Shown here one piece after another: positions 11,698-21,775 of a DNA stretch of 64,000 nucleotides. Source of the stretch: Heterodontus francisci (taxonomy: Eukaryota); NCBI RefSeq assembly GCF_036365525.1, contig NC_090387.1:76445300-76509299 (forward strand), written 5' to 3'. A program made the position numbers and the translations under genes. Under the pieces are notes generated by a model that did no database searches, was not told where the DNA came from, and saw only the letters and a list, made by a program, of their open reading frames with translations. Each line of letters begins with the position of its first letter. The stretch's first letter is position 1.

Positions 11698-14187
11698 CCC
11701 CCCGACCAGCAGACCCATTCACACATCTCCAGCATTCTCCCTCTACCTGGACCCCACCCCCTGACCTCTTACCCACTCTTGATGTCTTCATTGAAAACCG
11801 TCTGCGAGACATTGGTCATCTCAATTTTTCTGTCCCCCTCACTCACTCTAACCTGTCCCCCTATGAACCTGAGGCACTCCATTCTCTCAGGTCAAACCCC
11901 GACATGGTCATCAAACCTGCAGACAAGGGTTGTGCTGTTGTTGAATGGCGTACCGACCTCTACCTTGCAGAAGCTCAATGCCAACTCACAGACACTTCCT
12001 CCTACCTCCCTCTGGACCATGACCCCACCAGCGAACATCAAGCTACTGTCCAGATGACTGACCTCATCTGCTCTCGAGATCTTCCCTCTACAGCTTCCAA
12101 CCTCATAGTCCCGCAACCCCGGACAGCCCGCTTCTACCTCCTTCCCAAAATCTACAAATGGGACAGTCCTGGCAGACCCATTGTGTCAGCCTGCTCCTGC
12201 CCCACTGAACCTATTTCTTCCTATCTTGACAATATCTTTTCTCCGCTGGTCCAGTCTCTTCCCACCTACATCCGTGACTCTTCTAACACCCTACGTCATT
12301 TTGACAACTTCCAGTTTCCTGGTCCCAACCGCCTCCTCTTCACTATGGACATCCAATCGCTCTAAACCTCCATCCCCCACCAGGATGTTTTAAGGGCTCT
12401 CCGCTTCTTCCTTGAACAGAGGCCCAACCAGTCCCCATCCACCACCACCCTCCTCCGCCTGGCTGAACTTGTTCTCACATTGAACAACTTCTCCTTCAAC
12501 TCTGCTCACTTCTTTCAAGTAAATGGTGGTGTTGTGGAGACCCGCATGGGTCCTAGTTACGCCTGTCTTTTTGTGGGATATGTCGAGCATTCTTTGTTCC
12601 AGAACTACTCAGGCCCCCGCCCCCAACTCTTTTTCCCTTACATTGATGACTGTATCGGTGCAGTTTCCTGCTCCCGCCCTGAACTGGAAAACTTTATCAA
12701 CTTTGCTTCCAATTTCCACCCTTCTCTCACCTTTACATGGTCCATCTCTGACACTTCCCTTCCTCGACTTCTCTGTCTCCATCTCTGGGGATAGGTTGTC
12801 TACTAATATCCATTATAAGCCCACCGACTCCCACAGCTACCTGGACTACACTTCTTCACACCCTACCTCCTGTAAGGACTCCATTCCATTCTCCCAGTTT
12901 CTCCGTCTCCGACGCATCTGCTCTGATGATGCCACCTTCCATGGCGGTGCTTCTGATATGACCTCCTTTTTCCTCAACCGAGGATTCCCCCCCACTGTTG
13001 TTGACAGGGCCCTCAACCGTGTCCGGCCCATTTCCTGCACCTCTACCCTCACCCCTTCCCCTCCCTCCCAGAACCGTGACAGGGTTCCCCTTGTCCTCAC
13101 TTTCCACCCCATCAGCCTCAATAACCAAAGGATCATCCTCTGCCATTTCTGCCACCTCCAGTGTGATGCCACTACCAAACGTATCTTCCCCTCCCTTCCC
13201 CTGTCAGCATTCCGAAGGGATCATTCCCTCCACGACACCCTGGTCCACTCCTCCATTACCCCCACCACCTCATCCCCGACACATGGCACCTTCCCGTGCA
13301 ATCACAGGAGGTGTATTACCTGCCCATTTACCTCCTCTCTCCTCACTATCCCAGGCCCCAAACACTCCTTTAAGGTGAAGCAGCGATTTACTTGTACTTC
13401 TTTCAATGTAGTATACTGTATTCGCTGCTCACAATGTGGTCTCCTCTACATTGGGGAGACCAAACGCAGACTGGGTGACCACTTTGCAGAACACCTCTGC
13501 TCAGTCCGCAAGCAGGACCCTGAGCTTCCGGTTGCTTGCCATTTCAACACTCCCCCCTGCGCTCATGCTCACATCTCTATCCTGGGCTTGCTGCATTGTT
13601 GCACTGAACATCAACGCAAGCTCCAGGAACAGCATCTCATTTTCCATTTAGGCACACTACAGCCTGCTGGACTGAACATTGAGTTCAATAATTTCAGAGC
13701 ATGACGGGCCCCCCATTTTACTTTTATTTTTAGTTATTTTTTCTGTTTCATTTTTACATTTTTTACAATTTTTTTCTTTTGTTTATTTCATTTCATTGTA
13801 GTTTGCTCAATCTGCTTACCCACGGTTTTTTTCATGTTTGTACTTGCTGCTCTTCAATCTCAGTCCGTTAACACCCTATCTGTACTAATGCTTTGTCTTT
13901 CAACACACCATTAACATATTGTTTGCCTTTGCTCCATGACCTCTTGGTCAGCTAGGCGGCCTTGTCCAATCTACACCTTCTCCTTTGTTATCTCTTGCCC
14001 CACCCCCGGCTCACTTGCTTATAACCTTTGACATTTCTAATATTTGCTAGTTCCGAAGAAGGGTCACTGACCCGAAACGTTAACTCTGCTTCTCTTTCCA
14101 CAGATGCTGCCAGACCTGCTGAGTAGTTCCAGCATTTCTTGTTTTTATTTCAGATTTCCATCATCCGCAGAATTTTGCTTTTTATTA
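11698..14187 (+). mobile_element. Penelope-like element (probably Neptune group): RT plus GIY-YIG endonuclease, frameshifted
   Basis: IKPADKG, FYLLPKI, GRPIVS, MGPSYA, YIDD, YKPTD; Cys-rich linker CNHRRCITC; VVYCIRCSQCGLLYIGET; ~14-bp TSD TCGCACGTCAACCT (11684-11697) / TCGCATATCAACCT (14188-14201). Confidence 0.92.
14049..14085 (+). ncRNA. Minimal type I hammerhead ribozyme motif (U4C variant) in the Penelope 3' terminal repeat
   Basis: AGTT-CCGAAGA-A-GGGTC act GACCC-GAAA-CG-TT-AACT: helix I AGTT/AACT, 5-bp helix II, palindromic ACGT helix III. Confidence 0.65.
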
Positions 14188-15123
14188 TCGCATATCAACC
14201 TTCCGTTTCAGATCGCTTCCGGGAAATACTCAAACACGGGCATTGTGTACCTTTACTGTTCTGCAAGCTGGAGGACTTGGGGTGGAATCCAATATTCAGG
14301 GTAAGATCAACACCTCCTTCTGACTGGGTTGTAGGATCCATTTGTAAAAAGAGTTTGGTATCTCAAACAAGTTATCAATCGACACAAGTGCGTAGCACAA
14401 ATTGCGGACATAGGAACAGGAGTCAGCTATTCAGTCCCTCGATCTTGCTGCGCCACACATTTAAATTATAGATGATTCGCACATTAACTACATTTTCCCG
14501 AATTAATTCCTTTCCCTTGATACCCATACCTAATAAAAATCTATCCACTTCAAATATCGGACAATATGGTATAGAAAGTATTAGGTCGGCAATTTTGAGC
14601 AGTGGAAAGTTATCTTGTGCGAGAAATATTCAGGGCGGTAGTAGGAAAGTGTTCACCTGAGTTTGTAACGAGTCACATTATTGGGGCGGATTAGATGGTC
14701 TTTAATGTTGTATAAAAGACTTGACCTCGGAGGTGTTAACATTCGTCCCATTGTCGCAGTTTGGCACCGTTATTTTGGTGAGAAGGAACCTGGACATCTT
14801 ATCCTATCGGTTAATTTCAAACTAAGGTTTAAACATTTTTTTTCACTATCTTGGCTTAATAACAATTGTACCTGCACCAAAACCACTCAATGGGTAAAAA
14901 GCACTTTGAAATGTTATGAGGACAATGAGCAGGTGAAATTGGTCTTAAGCAGTAGCGAAAAACTGGCGATCGCGAATCAACGGTCGTTGTACACCGGCGT
15001 CAATGGAAAAGAAAATCCCTAGATGTGTAAAACGAATTTGTTATCAGCATGGTTACGGCCAGTGAAATTACATATATTGCACACAGCTGAGAAAGTCCCA
15101 CTCCCTGGGACAATGACACTTAC

Positions 15124-15429
15124 CGTACACAGTAAGCTTGGAACCACTTCCATCTCCAATAGATCCCGTGATATTTTTCATGACAGTAATACATTCCGGA
15201 GTCTGCAACACTCGCATTCAGAACATCAAATGAACTACTTCCCTTTTTTTTACATTAAATCGCTTTCTGCTGTCTGGTTCCAGAAACAATCCCTCGCCGC
15301 GTTTCCACCAATAAACATCGGGCGGATCTTGAAATAGGGGAAATGTACAGAACATGGAAGCATTCGCACCTCTGGCAACCTTCAAGAATTTAGGGAACTG
15401 ATCCACTTTGTCCAAAGTTACTTCAGCGG
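15124..15429 (-). pseudogene. Gene A Ig V-set exon with J-like G strand (VJ type)
   Basis: AEVTLDKVDQFPKFLKVARGANASMFCTFPLFQDPPDVYWWK...DSGMYYC...GDGSGSKLTVY; tttctaatAG acceptor, G|gtaagt donor; 306 nt; two compensating frameshifts with TGA at 15218-15220 between them. Confidence 0.88.
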
Positions 15430-15642
15430 CTATTAGAAAATAAACAAGAACGGTGGTAACAGTTGCATGCATCAGATATAGAAAATTAACTAAGAGAAAT
15501 AAAAAATCAAGAACCATTAAAAACATCAACAAGCGAATTGGAGAAATGCAGTATGTAATTTTACAATGCATAACAGCTGCAGAATGTTCCAGAATATGAA
15601 TTAAGCTATTCTGAAAGGGCAGCATATACTAACTAAAGGTAC

Positions 15643-15697
15643 CCGGCCAAATCATTCCCAAAAGAGCCATGTACTGAACTGAAGCTCTCAACGACAT
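15643..15697 (-). CDS. Gene A leader exon (MSLRASVQYMALLGMIWP)
   Basis: ATG at 15697, 55 nt, phase-1 donor G|gtacct, splices in frame to the V exon 213 nt downstream. Confidence 0.7.
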
Positions 15698-15794
15698 GTT
15701 GCAAATAAAACGCCAGTTAGCTACTTGGTGTAAATGAGAATGGTAACCTGAATGGTTTGGGCAAGAAATGGATTTGATAGGTAAATATATGAAA

Positions 15795-15856
15795 CACGTG
15801 ACCATTACATGAGATGTCACATGACTAAAACTGCGTATTCAGTCGGATTTTATATA
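15795..15856 (-). promoter_or_regulatory. Candidate proximal promoter of gene A: two E-boxes and a TATA-like motif
   Basis: CACGTGAC (15795-15802), GTCACATGAC (15816-15825) and TATATAAAA on minus (15856-15848), about 100-160 nt upstream of the ATG; motif match only. Confidence 0.3.
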
Positions 15857-17204
15857 CTTCTGCGCGGGAGTCTGGGAAGTAGGAGGTCACCTGCTGGCTG
15901 AAAAGTCTCCATCGAAAAAATAATGCTTTTACAGCTCTTCCCTGCATTTCGATCCGACAATCGTCTATTCCAATACCTGACTTAGATCCTCTTAATCCTG
16001 AAAATGACGTTTCAGACCTCAGGGGCGGGGTCTCCGTCCAGACCTCAGCTCAGGGAATTTCCTTCCTGCAGGAGCATGGACAGTGAGAGTGACAAATATT
16101 TAGTCCTGGGCGCAGAGAGTCTAGTGCGATCTCTCCCAGCCTACATCCACCAGGACTTCTCGCAGAAGTCGCTAGAATCGCAATTAGAATTAATAACCCT
16201 GCTCTTCGCTCTTTCTCCACTCCAAAGCTGGTGAGGCCTATTTTAGCCTCATCCAAGACAGCGATACAATTTTGGACCTATATCCATGTCGTTCAATGTT
16301 ACAGTTTTGTTCCCAAAAATATACTTCATTCAAAAATAATTGCAAAAATACATTACAACACAGTTCAAAACAGTTCGAATTTCGCATTTCAGGAAGTACA
16401 ATCGACATCAGATTTATTCGATACAGAAAACATGAAGTGCCTCACAGTTCTTCTCATTCTATATTAAATGCAATGTGCATTGACATTGCATAGAAAAAAA
16501 CATTTTGTTGCATACAGCCGGAGGGGTTATACTCAGGTTCCAGACCCTCAGTATACTATGGCGGGTGGACCTTACACAGTGGCTTTTCCCCATTGAGCCT
16601 TTGTGAGGGCTGCCCAAAGCTTTAATGCCTCCCTCAGCACATAGCCCATATGCCAGTCTGCAACACTCGGTGGCGGGCAACGCTTTGCTCTGGAAGACCA
16701 GCTAGTTTCGGGCTGACCAAAAAGCCTCCTTCACCCAATAGATCGTCCTCTAGCCACAGGTGATGTTTATCTTGGTGTGTGTTCCGGGGAAAGCCCGTAG
16801 AGCACAGAGTCCTGTGTTACAGAGCTTCTCGGGATGAACCTCAACAAAAACCACTGCATCTCTTTCCAGACCTGCTTCATAAAGACCAGCAAGCTTGAAA
16901 TGGAGCAAGGAACATTCACGATGGGTGCAGTTGAAACTTCGAGGAGAAACTTACTAGAATGACCGCATTTAACTGACTGTAAAGAGAAATGAGATTTCAA
17001 TGGATGTGAGGTCCGTCATTCATGGCATTTTGTAGGTTCCAGTTTCCAAATCTGCTCCTGTCGAGTTAGTTGATCTGAAGCAGGAGGTGAAAATCATTCA
17101 GGAGTCTTGTTTCTAACAGCCGACCAGTTGAGCTGTATGAACTTTCAGTAGCAGCAGGACTGGGCTAGGCTGTAACTCACTTCTGCCACAAATCTCACAT
17201 CCTC

Positions 17205-17645
17205 TGATTCTTTTGCCAATCACCTTAAATTTCTGTCCTCTGATTACCGATCCTTCTGCCACTGTGAACAGTTTCTCCTTGTTTGCACTATCAAAACTGT
17301 TTGAACTCCACTATCAACCCTCTTAACTTTCTTGACTCTAAGGAGAACAACGCTAGCATCTCTAGTCTCTTCACATATCTGATGTCCCTCAATCCTGGAA
17401 CTGTTCTAGCAAATCTCTTCTGCACCTCCTCTAACTCATTGACAACCTTCTCAAGGTGTGGTGCCCAGATTGGAACCTATCACTCCAGCTGAGGCCTAAC
17501 TAGGGCTTTATCAAGGTTCAGTATAACTTCATTTCCTTGTACGTTATGTCCCTTTCAATAAAGCCAAGGATCTCCTGTGTTTTAACAACCTTTTCATTTG
17601 TCCTGCCACCTTCAAAAAATTGTACAAACAACCCCAGATCTGTAC
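17205..17645 (-). mobile_element. CR1 LINE 3' fragment
   Basis: Decayed VRPQLE/QFWAP-type coding remnant on the minus strand. Confidence 0.7.
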
Positions 17646-18054
17646 TTTCATTGACATTTCCTTTCGCTTTGCAATCAGTAAAATGTGAGTCATTCTCCTC
17701 ATAGTTCCATCTTTAGGTAGGGTTGGAATGATAGCAGGCCTCAAAAGTGAACATAGAAAGCGGTGTCCTAACATCTGAACCAATTAGGGACAGAGTGCTG
17801 AAAGTTATTCTATTAAACTGCATTCAGTGTTGTAGTTTGGTAACGTATGAGTATAAATTCACTATAGCTGTGAGTTATATAATAATGTAATAAAACAGAT
17901 AGTACTCCTATTTGCTCCAGTCTGATCGCAAGGAGTGAACTGGTGGTAGCAGCTTGACTGGTGAAGATTGATTATTCACCTCAGTTGTCCTCTCTCATTG
18001 AAACACAACAATTGGCCCGCTCATCGCTCTGAATTATGAATACGAACATACATC

Positions 18055-18810
18055 CAAGCATATGAATTAGGAGCAGCAGTAAGCCATTCAGACCCTCAAG
18101 CCTGCTCTGCCAATTGATAAGATCATGGCTGATCTGATTCTGGTCTCAACTGTACTTTCTTGTCTACCCACTATACTCTTTGACTCCATTGTCAGTCAAG
18201 AATCTATCTAACTTAGCCTTAAAATATTCAATGACCCTGCATCCACTGCTCTCTGAGGAAGAGAATTCCACAGACTAATGACCATCAGAGAGAAAACAAT
18301 TCGCAGCTCTCTCATAAATGGGAGACCCCTTATTTTTAAAATCTGTCCCCTAGTTCTCGTCTCTTCCACAAGGGGAAACATCCTCTCAGCATCCACCCTG
18401 TCAAGTCCTCTCAGGATCTTATATGTTTCAATAAGATCACCTCTCATTCTTCTAAACTCTAATGGATACAGGCGCAACCTGTCCAAACTTTCCATATAAG
18501 ATATTCCCTTCATGTCTGGAATCAGTCGAATGACCCTTTTCTGAACTGTCTCTAATGCAATTATATCCTTTCTTAAATAAGGAGACCAAAACTGTTTACA
18601 GTACTCCAGATGTGATCTCACCAACACCTTGTATAACTGTATCAAACCTCCCTACTTTTATGTTAAAATCCCATTGCAATAAATGAGAACATTCCATTTG
18701 CTTTCCTAATCACTTGCTGCACCTGCATACTAACATTTTGCGACTCATGTGTCAGCACACCTTCTGTACCACAGAGTTCTGCAATCTCTCGCCATTTAAA
18801 AATATACTGC
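18055..18810 (-). mobile_element. CR1 LINE 3' fragment
   Basis: ORF 18208-18645 LVRSHLEYCKQFWSP...RGDLIETYKI...WNSLP. Confidence 0.88.
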
Positions 18811-19764
18811 TGTTATTCCCGCAGAGATTTGTCATGAAGAACTTCGAGGGCCATCGCTGGAGCAGGGGCGAAGTTCCACAATACAAGCCTGCGTTGTTCG
18901 TGATGTTTCTCGTTATTGCTACTGACATTCTGAAGGGAAGAACAAGGCTGCGTGGTCTTTTCCATTAGGAAAGCTTGTAGTGGGTTACTAAACAAAGAAG
19001 AGCACAAGTATAGGCCAGAGATCAAGAATATCGCATACAACAGAGAATTTGGATTAATGAAAATTAAATCCTGAATGTTGGATACATGAAACATAATGTA
19101 TTGGAAGTACATTAATGACCCTCCAGCATCTGCAGAAAAAGTTATGAGTCACAGCAGGATTGTCAACTGTAGTTTGATGCTTTCCTGGTGATTTGATCAT
19201 GCGACATTGCTCATGTGATGTTTAATCACATAGATACAAGAGTCAGCTATTTCGCTGTTCCAGCATGTTCTACCATTCAATGAGATCATGTCTGATCTGT
19301 AAACTAACACCTGATACCTGACGTTTGATCACGTGACCCTAGCCCATTGTAGATGTTACTGCATTTACATCAGTTGATTTTCTTACTATCTAACAAGCCC
19401 TGAATAAAGTATTAGATTTTTTGTTTTATAGTGAGATGGATATTTTAATTCATAAATCAAAGAAAGAACTCACAAGATTAGAAATATCTCAGAGTAAAGA
19501 ATTTTAAAATAAAAGCTGCTCCTTTGATATTTCTACTGTGTCAACCACAATAAAAAAAATCAAGTAAATACTGCTGATTCAACAACAACATAATTAATAT
19601 AAGTAAAGTCTAACTAAAGTTCTCATACAAATGTATGACGCTTTACAACACATAAAAAGTTATAACAGCAATAAATAATACAAAAGCTAATTTAATTCAC
19701 TAAGTCCCACACCCCACTACTAAGGCCCAGGTTCAGGGAGCAGAGACTCAGTTCTCAGTTCAAC

Positions 19765-20215
19765 AACACTCAGGTGGCTTGACACTATCCTGGACCAAGC
19801 AGCTCGCTTGATCGGCATCGCATCCAACACCTTAAGTATTCGCTCCCTCCACCACCATGCACAGTGGCAGCAGTTTGTACCATATACAAGATGCACTGCA
19901 GCAATTCAGCACACCTCCGTCAATGGCACCTTCCAAATTCACGACCTCTACCACCTCGAAGGACAAGGACAGCAGACCCATGGGAACACCACCACCTGCA
20001 AGTTCCCCTCCTAGCCACAAACCATCCTGACTTGGAAATGTATTGCTTTTCCTTCACTGTTGCTGGATCTAAATCCTGGAATTCCCTCCCAAACAGCACT
20101 GTGGCTGTCCCTGCAGCAGATGGACTGCAGCGATTCAAAAAGGCAGCTCACCACCACCTTCCCAAGGGCACGTAGGGATGGGCAACAAATGATGTCGATA
20201 TACCATGAAACGAAT
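19765..20215 (+). mobile_element. Non-LTR retrotransposon 3' end (CR1/L2 group); related fragment at ~35380-35590
   Basis: SLHHH..VAAVCTIYKMH...WNSLP...LQRFKKAAHHHL; the same 3' sequence recurs at 35475-35580. Confidence 0.65.
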
Positions 20216-21775
20216 AAACAAAAACAGCGACAAAGCTCCCTGGCTCCCGAAAACAAAACATCAGCACATATCACAGGCGGGCATGAACACTCCCTCTCTA
20301 CAATGTGTGCTGCTGTTTTTCTTGCTCCCTCCACTAGTTTGTGTTTCTGTCTGTCCTCTTTCTCCAGTTTGTTTCTCTCTTCTGCCAGTTTGCGTTGCTG
20401 TCTCTCCCTTTCCATTTCACCAGTTGCTCTCTTCGGACACAAGGAATTTCCAGCTGATTTTCATTGGTGCTGAATCCACCATTTTCACAAGTGGCAATTA
20501 AACTGTGCTTGTAAACAGCAGGGGGAACCAATCAACAGTGCATCAAGTACGTTTCTCCCACGTCACCTGCAGCAGCGCTCGGGAGACGAATCATCCATTT
20601 CGGTGGTTCCCATCGAAAGCGGAGGATTGGGCACCCTAACTCAGAGTCCAGCCCAGAGTTGTCAAACATACAACCTGCAGGCCAGAATCCGGCCGGCTGG
20701 AGGTTTCCATCCAGCCCGCCAGTCATCTGTGACTGATAACGGGCTGCGCGTGGCTCGCCTGTACGTCCGAAGTAGGGGCAGGCCGGTGGACACCACAGGG
20801 GCTGGAGTGCATCATCAATGCCGACAATGCTATTTTAATTTGAGTTTTTGTTTATCCATCTGTTTTTTTAATAAAGTTATTTTATAAAATGCATATAAAG
20901 GGGGCCTAAAGAATAAAGGTCCCCTCAACGAAGGAAAACAAAATATATAAAAGGGGCCTGGGGTATAAAGGACACCTTTAAAAAAAGGGTTAGATACAGA
21001 GTAAAGCTCCCCCTTACACTGTCCCCATCAAACAAAACAGAAGAGGTAAAAATAAGGCGTAGGGGTAGGTGGGACCGGTGTTGGAGGGAACGTGGATGCC
21101 TGTCTGTGATTGGTCACTGTCTGTGAATGACAGCGGGCTTCCTGGGTGAGGTGAGCACTGATTGGCGGTTCGCTGTGCAGACACGCTGGAATCGGTTGCC
21201 CCTGCTGTTTTTGCGCATTAAGGGAGTGGGCGGGAATGGGAGCGAGGAGCATTGAGCCATGAGTGGCTAACGATGAACGACGTGTGGTGAGTGGAAATCT
21301 GTGAACCATGAGCAGGGAATGCGGGGAGCACGAACCGCGAGGAAAAGGGGTGAACTATGAATGAGGAGTGGCAAACCATGAGTGGGAAGCGACGAACCAT
21401 GAGCAGGGAATGCGGAGCGGCGAGCCCTGAGCGGGCAGTGACAAATTATCAATAGCAAACAAATATTGGGGCGCGGCAAATCATGAGACACAAAGAGGGA
21501 ACAGGGGGAGAGAGAGGGAGAGACAGTAAGAGGGTGGGGGGTGGGGGGGAGAGACACAAAGGGAGTTCGGTGACGGAGAGACAGAGGACGGAGAGAGAGA
21601 CACACAGAGAGGAAGGGTGAGAGTGACAGAGAGAAGGAGAGACGCGCGGAGAGAAGGGGAGAGCGATAGACACAAAGACGGGAGAGAGTGGGGACATCCA
21701 TCTGGAATACTCTGCATCTCTACACCAAGTGGGTGGGCAGAGATTACTAATGCAAGAAAACACAATGTTAAAAAG

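Larger units (their letters stand above)
4840..15697 (-). pseudogene. Gene A: six-exon Ig-superfamily receptor (leader, VJ-type V, TM, 3 cytoplasmic exons), SIRP/NCR3-like; disrupted as assembled
   Basis: Exons 15697-15643, 15429-15124, 11004-10900, 7724-7681, 6245-6133, 4958-4840; all introns GT-AG with matching phases (1,1,1,0,0 in the repaired model); frameshifts and a stop in the V exon and indels in tail exons. Confidence 0.8.

Noticed and set aside
15060-15124. Recombination signal sequence beside the V exon
   Set aside because: No CACAGTG heptamer with a spaced nonamer; the J-like strand is already in the exon and is followed by a splice donor
15218-15625. 135-aa ORF read as a protein with a long hydrophobic N-terminus
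   Set aside because: Its first ~65 residues are intron read-through between the leader and V exons
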